This document shows, one piece after another, positions 56,580 to 64,000 of a DNA stretch of 64,000 bases. Below the pieces are notes generated by a model. The model had not been told where the DNA came from and did no database searches. It worked only from the letters and a program-made list of their open reading frames with translations. The stretch lies in the NCBI GenBank assembly GCA_965261595.1, contig CBDHDG010000004.1, positions 736,001-800,000 on the forward strand. Reading direction: 5' to 3'. Position numbers and translations under genes: made by a program. Each line of letters begins with the position of its first letter. Position 1 is the first letter of the stretch. Source of the DNA: a bacterium (GTDB lineage Bacteria; UBA8248; JACPRG01; G963555815).

Positions 56580-57924
56580 TCAGAACTTGAAGTAGGCGCC
56601 AGCAAGGACGGCCCAGGCGCTGTCGCCGTTGTTGAACGGGTCGTCATCCGCGGCGCTGGTGACGGGCCGGTCGATGTCGAACACAAACCCGTTCACCGAG
56701 AGGCGGACCTCCTTGATCGGCCAGTAATTGAGACCGAGGCCGAGGATGTTCACCGTCTGGCCGGCCAAGTCTTCCGTCCCAGCCGAACGGTCGCCGTCGT
56801 CCATGTCGATGGATTCATACTTGGCCACCAACTCCAGGCCGTTCTTTTTTCGGCTCCCCGTCAGCAGGGTGCCCGCCTGGACGTGATAGCCGTAACGGAC
56901 CAGGTCGTCGTTTCCTCTGCCCAATACGGGACCTTCCCGCTCCTGCTTCTCGTAGATGAACTCCGCCGTCGCCGAAAGGGGAAAGCCACCCTGATTCTTG
57001 TAGTCCTTGTTGTACCAGATGTCCGCGCCGTACCGCTGGCGAAGGCCTTCCGTCGCGACGTTGAACACCGTCAGCCGGTTGTCGCGAAGAAAAAGCCGCG
57101 TCCGGCCGCCAGTGGCGCTGTGGGGCTGATCCCCCACCGACGCGTTGATCGCGAGCTGGATCGGAAGCATCTTCTCGGCGGGAGATCCCTTGAAGGGATC
57201 CGCGATCAGGCGGAGGGCGAAATCCTTCTCGCTGTTGTTGTCGTTGTTTCTCTGCTTCCCATTGGAGACGCTGGCCTCATAGCGGAACGTGGGATGCAGA
57301 TCGCCATAGACGTACGCGCCCCGGGACGCGCCTTCGGTGAGGTTATCGGAGATCATCGAGCGCTCGAGGAAGAACAGGCTGTACCGGCTCCAGGTCTGCT
57401 CGCCGCCGAAGCGCGTCTTATGCTGGCCGACCCGGATGCGGAATGCCTTGTACCGCTCCCAGCCCAGGTAGGCGTCCTGGTCCAGGACGTTGGAGGAAGC
57501 GCCATCCAGCTCCAGGCGATAGGTGAAGTCCTTGAACACCTTGCCGCGGAAGGTCAGCCGGCCGCGGCGCATGAGGAAGTTGTTATCCGCGCCGGCGTCT
57601 TCGGGAAACACGCTGAACTGGCTGAAGACTTGGACTCCGATCTGAAGCTCGTGCCGCGTGTCCTTGGACGTAACGCGGAATCCGTCCTTGTACTTCACGT
57701 CAAAGGGGGGCTGATCCTTCTTGATCTCTTCCCGGATACCGACTTCCTTGGCTTTCTCGGCCGACTTGATCTCTCGATATTCCCGCTCTGTGATGACCCC
57801 ATTTTTCTTTAAAGAGGTCCAGGAGCTCGCTCGCTTGGCCGAGGGAGAGGGGGAGGGAAACCAACATCCCCATCGCCACAACCCATCCCAATAGGGCCTT
57901 CCAGGCTTTTCGTCGAGGTCTCAT
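56580..57924 (-). pseudogene. OprO/OprP-like anion-selective porin with a single +1 frameshift near 57811
   Basis: Signal peptide frame (MRPRRKAW...ELLDL) joins KKNGVITE frame; RRGRL, GQHKTRFG, LERS, LGLNYW, terminal Phe. Confidence 0.75.
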
Positions 57925-58115
57925 TTTCACCGTCCTCCTTTGTTTCAAAGAAGCGTTCCGGTGAGGAGCCGGACCGATCCGCCGCGTCCGGTTCCGGACT
58001 CGAATGCGGATGTACCTAGTCAACAAGATAAGTGATGGGCGAATTCTTGAACATGATCTGGATTACGTCAGTCCGTGCTGAAGATGCGCGCGCAGCATGA
58101 CGCGGCCGGCCTTCC

Positions 58116-59159
58116 TCACTGGAGCAGCATTCCGGCTTTTTGGAGAAGCCTGACGGTCCCCCGCACATCGGTCAGGCGGCCGAGGTCCATGATCGGCGTC
58201 CGGATCGACCGGAGATCCCTCAAGCCCAGCGCGGGGTCCACCCTGAATCCTTTGGCGACGGGGTATTCGTGGTTCCCCCGGACGAAAACCTCCTGTCCGG
58301 TCTCCGACAGGGCGAATCCCAAGAACCGCTCGGCGAGTCCCGCTTTTCGGGAGCTTTTCAGAATGCCAGCGCCCGACACATTGACGAGGGCGCCGATGTC
58401 CCCGTTGGGAAAGTAGTAATTCCGGACGGGGAATCCTTTCCCCTCTTTGCGGATGAAACGGTACAGGTAATAGTGATTCACCAGACCCACGTCGATTTCG
58501 CCGTCTGCGATGGCCTTCACCGTCGGCGTATTCTTGGCATAGTATTTGGCTTGATTGGCGACAAGGCCCTTGAGCCAAATCAGCGTCCTCTTATCCCCCA
58601 CCCGGACGCGCATAGCCGTCACAAACGCCTGAAAAGACGCATTCGTGGGCGGAAGGCCGATTCTCCCCCTCCACCGGGGATCGGCCAATTCAAAAATCGA
58701 CCTGGGCAGGTCACTTTCCCTCAACCGCGTCGTCGAATACGACAGGACGCGCGCCCGGCCGGAAATCCCGATCCAATCCCCGCGCGGCGACCGGAACGGG
58801 GCGGGGACTTTTTCCAACAATAAATCGGGAAGGCGGCGAAACAGCCCTTTCTCCGCGACGGCCCCCAACGCCCCCGAATCCTGCGCGAAGAAGAGGTCGG
58901 CGGGGCTTCGGCCGCCCTCCTCGAGAAGCTGATTGGCCAGGGCCGCTGTCTTCGCGTACCGGACCCCGACGCGAACGCCCGTCCGTTCGGTGAACGCTTT
59001 GAACAAACGCTCGACCAGTTTTTGGGACCGACCCGAATAGACCGTCAGGCTTTCGGCCGACAGGGTCGGCCCGCCGGCCCCCCAAGCCGGAAGCGAAACG
59101 GCCAGGCAGATCAAAAACCGCCCGACACCCGCGCCTCCCCAAGCCATGGACAAACCCAT
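58116..59159 (-). CDS. Fe3+ ABC substrate-binding protein (FbpA/FutA family)
   Basis: TVYSGR, EGGRSPADLF, SGRARV, LVNHYY, VNVSG, HEYP. Confidence 0.92.
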   Translation of the reverse strand: MGLSMAWGGAGVGRFLICLAVSLPAWGAGGPTLSAESLTVYSGRSQKLVERLFKAFTERTGVRVGVRYAKTAALANQLLEEGGRSPADLFFAQDSGALGAVAEKGLFRRLPDLLLEKVPAPFRSPRGDWIGISGRARVLSYSTTRLRESDLPRSIFELADPRWRGRIGLPPTNASFQAFVTAMRVRVGDKRTLIWLKGLVANQAKYYAKNTPTVKAIADGEIDVGLVNHYYLYRFIRKEGKGFPVRNYYFPNGDIGALVNVSGAGILKSSRKAGLAERFLGFALSETGQEVFVRGNHEYPVAKGFRVDPALGLRDLRSIRTPIMDLGRLTDVRGTVRLLQKAGMLLQ

Positions 59160-59455
59160 AGAATCCAGATCCTCCCCTTCTCCAAATCCTCGCCGGACAA
59201 ATTCGACCGGACGGCGCTCCCTCCCGGGAATCAACCACTCCGATTTTCGATGAACGATCCCACCGCCAAGAAAACAGCCGGAGAGAATTCCTTTCCACTG
59301 GGTAACATCCCCGGCTCGTTTGCTCAGTCCTTAGATTTTCAACTCAAGAACGGGTCGCTTGCCGGGCGACGGCGAATTGGGTCTATGGGTCAGGAGAAAC
59401 CTTCCATGCCTGGTCACCTGGAGGCGGTGGAGAAGGTCGGCGCTCCCCTTCTCGG

Positions 59456-60001
59456 TCACCCCCCTCCCGGCAGGTCCGGTTGAATCAACTCATCCGGGGC
59501 GAGAACAACGTCGCAGTGGAAATTACAGATCCGGCAGGAATCTTCGGTTTCGCACTCCCGATGGAAGTCCCTGAACTGTTCCAGGACCCCTTTCCGATCC
59601 TCCTTTTCGAAGAATCGAATGAGGTCGATCAGGCGGTCGATGGTCCCTTTGGAGACGTAATGCTCCAACAGGCAGGCGTCCAGCAAGGCGCTCTCGCTCT
59701 CGACCCCCAGGACGTCTTCCAGGAACGTTTGCATGATCGAAAACCGGCTGGAGATTTCCTGGGCGTGGCGCGCGCCCTTGGATGTCAGGGAAACCTGCTC
59801 GTAGTGCCGGTGGTCCACCAGGCCCTCTTTTTTCAACCCCTTGACCGCCGCAGAAACCGCCGCCTTGGCGACGCCCAGCTCGTTTCCGATGTCCGTCACC
59901 CGGGCGTAACCCTTGTCTTCCTGAATCCTCCAGATGGCGCGCAGGTAGTGCTCCTGGCTCGGACTCAGAGCCCCCGGCGATCTTTTGTATGTGTTCTGCA
60001 T
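59456..60001 (-). CDS. DtxR/MntR-family metal-dependent repressor with Cys-rich tail
   Basis: SQEHYLRAI, ARVTDI wHTH, LTSKG, DACLLEH; tail CETEDSCRICNFHC. Confidence 0.9.
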   Translation of the reverse strand: MQNTYKRSPGALSPSQEHYLRAIWRIQEDKGYARVTDIGNELGVAKAAVSAAVKGLKKEGLVDHRHYEQVSLTSKGARHAQEISSRFSIMQTFLEDVLGVESESALLDACLLEHYVSKGTIDRLIDLIRFFEKEDRKGVLEQFRDFHRECETEDSCRICNFHCDVVLAPDELIQPDLPGGG

Positions 60002-60018
60002 CTCAAATCCTTTTCTAT

Positions 60019-60063
60019 AAAGTTTACTCTGTTAAGAGTATATAACACTTTCTCTTTTGTCAA
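60019..60063 (-). promoter_or_regulatory. Sigma70-type promoter with an imperfect palindrome (candidate autoregulatory box)
   Basis: TTGACA then TATACT/TACTCT; followed by TTAAC-AGA-GTAAACTTT in an AT-rich island. Confidence 0.55.
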
Positions 60064-60221
60064 ACAAATTCGGACACCAGCCAAATTTTCTTGGATCACC
60101 CGCCGCTGGGGAATGGTTTTGGAGGAACGACGCGCATCCCGTCCCGATCCCTGAACACGACCGCGTGGGAGAAAAAGGCCGCGCAAGGGAGACACGCCCC
60201 AAAATGGTCTCGGAGTGAAAA

Positions 60222-61085
60222 TCAGCGGGAGGAAGGTTGGCGAACAGTGGGGATGAAGAGCCGCCGGTCGAAACGCTGGAACTCACCAATGATTCGCTGG
60301 CCCTCCGGTCCGGTGACGTATTCGATAAGGGCCCGAGCCAGGTCGAACTTGACGTGGGGATGCCGGGCGGGGTTGACGGCGATGATTCCATAAGGATTGA
60401 AGAAACGCTTGTCCCCCTCCACGATCACCCGGAGGCGAAGCTTTCCGCGATAAGCGAGAAACGTCGCGCGGTCGGAAAGGGTGTAGGCCCTCATTTCGTC
60501 GGCGATGCCCAGCGTCTTTCCCATTCCCTGGCCGACTTCCCTGTACCAGGCCCCGGAGGGTTTCGTCCCCGCCTCCTCCCAGAGCGCCCGCTCCTTTTTG
60601 TGGGTGCCCGAATCGTCTCCCCGCGAGACGAACGCGGCGGCGGTCTCCGCGATCCGCAAAAGCGCCCGGGCGGCGTCCTTCCCCCCGCGGAGGCCGGCCG
60701 GGTCATCGGCGGGGCCCAGGATAATGAAGTCGTTGTACATGAAGGACCTGCGGCCGACCCCGTACCCTTCCCGGACAAATTTCCGTTCGGCCCCGGGCGC
60801 GTGCACCATGACAACGTCCACGTCTCCATTCCTTCCCAGGGCCAGCGCCCTGCCCGTCCCGACAGGGATCACGTCGACCTGGACACCCAACCGCTTCTCG
60901 AAGGGGGGGAGCAGCACATCCAGCAGACCGGAATTGGCCGTGCTCGTCGTCGTCGCCAGCCGGAGTCTTTCCTGCGCGCAGGCATCCCCACCCAGCGCTC
61001 CCCCCAAGAACAGGAGGGCAAACCCGGCCGTGAGGAGAAAACCCGGCTTGCGGAAGACCGTCGTCTCTCGAATGAATGTCCGCAT
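60222..61085 (-). CDS. tupA: Tungstate-binding protein TupA
   Basis: LATTTST, VGTG-ALALG, VHAP, MYNDF, FVSRGDDSGTHKKE, NPYG. Confidence 0.93.
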   Translation of the reverse strand: MRTFIRETTVFRKPGFLLTAGFALLFLGGALGGDACAQERLRLATTTSTANSGLLDVLLPPFEKRLGVQVDVIPVGTGRALALGRNGDVDVVMVHAPGAERKFVREGYGVGRRSFMYNDFIILGPADDPAGLRGGKDAARALLRIAETAAAFVSRGDDSGTHKKERALWEEAGTKPSGAWYREVGQGMGKTLGIADEMRAYTLSDRATFLAYRGKLRLRVIVEGDKRFFNPYGIIAVNPARHPHVKFDLARALIEYVTGPEGQRIIGEFQRFDRRLFIPTVRQPSSR

Positions 61086-61186
61086 ATCTCAATCGGCGGC
61101 CAAGGGCGACTCGCGTCCCAAACCTTCCGCATCATATCCGGTCATCCCCGCAACCGATCTCGGCAAACCGCAAGACCGCGGACCTC

Positions 61187-62293
61187 TCACCCCTCGGCCG
61201 TGGGTTCATCGGCGGACGCAACCGGAAACACGACGACGCGCATGGGCTCCACCGTAATGGTGACACGCGTCTCAAGCTCGAGAATAAAATCCCAAGGCGT
61301 CTGACTTCGGACGGTCCCTCCGCTCGGAAGCGCAATCACGTACAGGTTGTCCGAGCCGCGGAAGTGCCTCTCGACAACGGAGGCTTCCCCGTCCGGGGAC
61401 GGGATGACATCCACGTCGGCCGGCCGGATGACCGCCTCGACCTTCGTCCCGTTCTCCAGGGGCGCATCGGGCGGGACAAAGAGAAAGTTGCCGAGGGCGG
61501 TCTCTACGCGGTCATTTTGAATCACGCCCGGCACCAGATCCGCCAACCCCAGGAATCGTGCCACAAAAAGAGTCCGGGGATTGTGATAGAGGTTTTCCGG
61601 GCTGTCCAACTGCTCAATCCGGCCCCGATTCATGACAGCGATGCGATCCGAAAGGTCAAAGGCCTCCGCCTGGTCGTGGGTCACAAAAATTGCTGTCATC
61701 CCCGAGCGCCGCAGGATCTCCTTGACCTCGCGGCGGACCTGGCGCCTCCTGTCGGCGTCCAGGTTGCTGAAAGCCTCATCGAAAAGAATCACGTGGGGGC
61801 TCGGCGCCAGCGCCCGGGCCAGGGCGACGCGCTGCTGCTGTCCGCCCGAGAGCTCATGAGGATGCCGCTCTCCCACCCCCCCCAGACCGACCATCCCCAA
61901 GACTTCCCGCACCCGATTCTCCCGATCCCCGGCGGCCCACCGGTGAAGGCCGAATCCCACATTCTTGGCAACCGTCAGGTGGGGGAACAGGGCCAGGTCC
62001 TGGAAGACCATGCCCACGCCCCGGCGTTCCGGCGGACTCCAGAGATTCCGGGCCGCCACCTCATTGCCGTCGATGAGGATCCGGCCCATCCCAATCCGCT
62101 CGAACCCGGCCATCAAGCGGAGGACGGAGGTCTTGCCGCATCCGCTGGGGCCGAGAAGGGTCAGGAACTCCCCCTTCTCCACATCCAGGAAGAAATCGTC
62201 CACCGCCCATGGCTCCTCGGGCCCGTACCGGAGATGGGCGTTCTCCATCCGGACTATCGGCCGGCCGGGATCCCCGGCCTTCGGGCTCGACAT
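61187..62293 (-). CDS. Fe3+ ABC ATP-binding protein (FbpC-like)
   Basis: GPSGCGKT, PPERRGVGMVFQD, LSGGQQQRVALARALAP, VTHDQ. Confidence 0.9.
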   Translation of the reverse strand: MSSPKAGDPGRPIVRMENAHLRYGPEEPWAVDDFFLDVEKGEFLTLLGPSGCGKTSVLRLMAGFERIGMGRILIDGNEVAARNLWSPPERRGVGMVFQDLALFPHLTVAKNVGFGLHRWAAGDRENRVREVLGMVGLGGVGERHPHELSGGQQQRVALARALAPSPHVILFDEAFSNLDADRRRQVRREVKEILRRSGMTAIFVTHDQAEAFDLSDRIAVMNRGRIEQLDSPENLYHNPRTLFVARFLGLADLVPGVIQNDRVETALGNFLFVPPDAPLENGTKVEAVIRPADVDVIPSPDGEASVVERHFRGSDNLYVIALPSGGTVRSQTPWDFILELETRVTITVEPMRVVVFPVASADEPTAEG

Positions 62294-62351
62294 GGCGACG
62301 GTTCAACTCCTCAAGAAAGAGCCGGGTCATCCGGGGAATTCAAAGGCTGGA

Positions 62352-62482
62352 ATCCACAGACTTCACAGATGACACAGATGAAAAAAGAAAAGTGAGAACC
62401 TGAAACGCCACCGGGCGCTGAATCATCTGATGACCGCCCCCTTGTCTTTTCAAAATCTGCGCAATCTGTGTAATCTGTGGAT
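62352..62482. mobile_element. 131-bp MITE-like element with CACAGAT-periodic inverted termini
   Basis: ATCCACAGACTTCACAGATGACACAGAT versus ATCTGCGCAATCTGTGTAATCTGTGGAT (23/28 complementary, 9-bp period). Confidence 0.7.
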
Positions 62483-62497
62483 CCACCCCCCCGGGCA

Positions 62498-64000
62498 TCA
62501 CGCGCCTTCGCGCTTCACAATCAGGATCATCGCCGCCATCGAGAACAATAACAAGATGAGGGCCGGCGCGGCCGCTTCGGCGAAAAAGGCGTCCTCCATC
62601 CGGTCGAAGACCATCGCCGCCAGCGGACGGAAGCCGATCGGGCTCAGCAACAGGGTGGCGGGCAGCTCCTTCATCGTCGTCAGGAAGACCAGCGCCCCTC
62701 CGGAGAGCACGCCGGGCAAGACCAGGGGAAGGGTGATGGTCCGAAACACGTTGCGGGCCGAGCGCCCGAGGCTGCGTCCCGCTTCCTCCAGGTTCTTCGG
62801 AACCTGCAACAACGACGCGCGCGTCGATCCGACGGCCTGAGGAAGAAAAAGCACGACATAGGCGAAGACCAGAACCGGCAGCGTCTGGTAGTAATTGAAC
62901 GCACGCGAGACCCCCCGCGCGGCTTCGGGGCCCAGCCCGAAGAACCGCCCCAGGGAAGCGACCTGCTCGGGCAGAAAAAGAAAGAAGTAAACCAGGGCCA
63001 GAGCGACCACAAGTCCCGGCAAGGCGAACCCGGTGTAGGTCGCGCGCTCGATCAGCAGACTCCACCTCCCCGGACGGCGGACGCTGAGGACCGCGACCGG
63101 AATCGCCGCCACGACGCACGCCGCCGCCGCCAGGACCGAAACCCGGACTGAATCCCAGGTGGATCGCCACACCCAACTCAGGTCCAGCGTCGGATCCCCC
63201 AACCCCTGGAAGAACCAATAGCCCACCGTCCCGGCCGGAATGGCGAGTCCCAGAGTCACCATGAGCCCGCAAAAGAGCAACGCGGGCGCCGTCCAAAAGC
63301 GCAAGGGAACCCGGGGCCGGTCCGAAAAGGTCCGCACACCCCGGACTTCATACCGCCCGCGGCTCCGAAAGAGCAGCTCTGACGCCAGAATGGCCAGCGT
63401 CAGGACCACCAGAACCAGGGCCAGAATCGCGGCCCGCTGGCGGTTGAACAGAGACTCCTGCTCCAGAAAGATGACATACGTGAAGGAGGGGAACTCGAGC
63501 ATCGCCACGGCGCCGAAGTCGCTGATCACGTACAGGGCGACGAGCAGCCCGCCGGCGAACAGGGCGGGCCGAAGGAGGGGCAGCGACACCCGGAGAAGGG
63601 TCTTCGTCACGCCCAGGCCCAGGCTCCGCGAGGCTTCAACCAGTCCCGGGTCCATTCTCAGCCATTGGGCGCGCAAGGGCAGCATCACGTAGGGATAGGT
63701 CAGCGAGGTCAACAGCAGGGCCGCGCCCCAAAAGCTCTCGCGCAACGTCAGCCCGAGCGGTGCGAGGAGGGCCTTGCCGATCCAGGTGTTCGGACCGAAG
63801 GCGGCCAGATAGGCATAGGCACCGATATAGGAAGGAACGGCCAGAGGCAGGCTCAGCAGGACGGCCCACACCTTGGCCCCCGGCAGATCCGACCGGGACG
63901 TGACCCAGCCTCCCACCATCCCGACGAGGCACGCGAAAAACGTCGTCACTGCGGCCAAGCCCAGCGTATTGAGCAGGTAACGGCCCACCACGGGCCGCCA
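62498..64000 (-). CDS. Fe3+ ABC permease (FbpB-like), 5' end beyond the window
   Basis: LPLAVPSYIGAY, YPYV, EASRSLG, SDFGAV, EEAGRSLG, MKELPATLLLSP. Confidence 0.93.
   Translation of the reverse strand, partial: WRPVVGRYLLNTLGLAAVTTFFACLVGMVGGWVTSRSDLPGAKVWAVLLSLPLAVPSYIGAYAYLAAFGPNTWIGKALLAPLGLTLRESFWGAALLLTSLTYPYVMLPLRAQWLRMDPGLVEASRSLGLGVTKTLLRVSLPLLRPALFAGGLLVALYVISDFGAVAMLEFPSFTYVIFLEQESLFNRQRAAILALVLVVLTLAILASELLFRSRGRYEVRGVRTFSDRPRVPLRFWTAPALLFCGLMVTLGLAIPAGTVGYWFFQGLGDPTLDLSWVWRSTWDSVRVSVLAAAACVVAAIPVAVLSVRRPGRWSLLIERATYTGFALPGLVVALALVYFFLFLPEQVASLGRFFGLGPEAARGVSRAFNYYQTLPVLVFAYVVLFLPQAVGSTRASLLQVPKNLEEAGRSLGRSARNVFRTITLPLVLPGVLSGGALVFLTTMKELPATLLLSPIGFRPLAAMVFDRMEDAFFAEAAAPALILLLFSMAAMILIVKREGA

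Noticed and set aside
57805..57815. Programmed -1 frameshift at TTTAAAG in the porin
   Set aside because: Restoring the protein needs a +1 shift, and the heptamer is in the wrong phase for -1
59240..59455. Metal riboswitch or Fur box upstream of the Fe3+ binding protein
   Set aside because: No convincing match to the yybP, NiCo, Moco or Fur consensus by eye

Overview
GC-rich bacterial chromosomal segment (taxon not determinable from the sequence alone). 0-27 kb is mostly catabolic: a CUT1-type ABC importer with two ATPases, two alpha/beta hydrolases, two complete xanthine-dehydrogenase-family molybdoenzyme triplets, two cyclic amidohydrolases, an amidohydrolase_2/Rieske pair, an isochorismatase-family amidase, fdhD and ampG. 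27-44 kb is mainly housekeeping (recD2, glgC, lipB, exbBD-like, phosphatase, antiporter/CBS) plus a partly broken surface-glycan operon, a CaiB CoA-transferase and tRNA-Val(CAC). 44-53 kb is an accessory stretch with pseudogenes, a deletion scar, palindromic repeats and brnTA. 53-64 kb is a Mo/W/Fe uptake cluster interrupted by a flgM-like gene under a sigma28-type promoter and a c-di-GMP-I riboswitch. The most unusual signals are a ~520-nt non-coding nested inverted-repeat element with G-U-biased stems inside the XDH operon (9921-10442), the riboswitch-gated flgM, and a DtxR homologue that lacks ancillary-site ligands and carries a 4-Cys tail. Several genes carry in-frame stops or frameshifts, which may be real decay or assembly error. 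All calls are from motif recognition by eye; no database searches were run.
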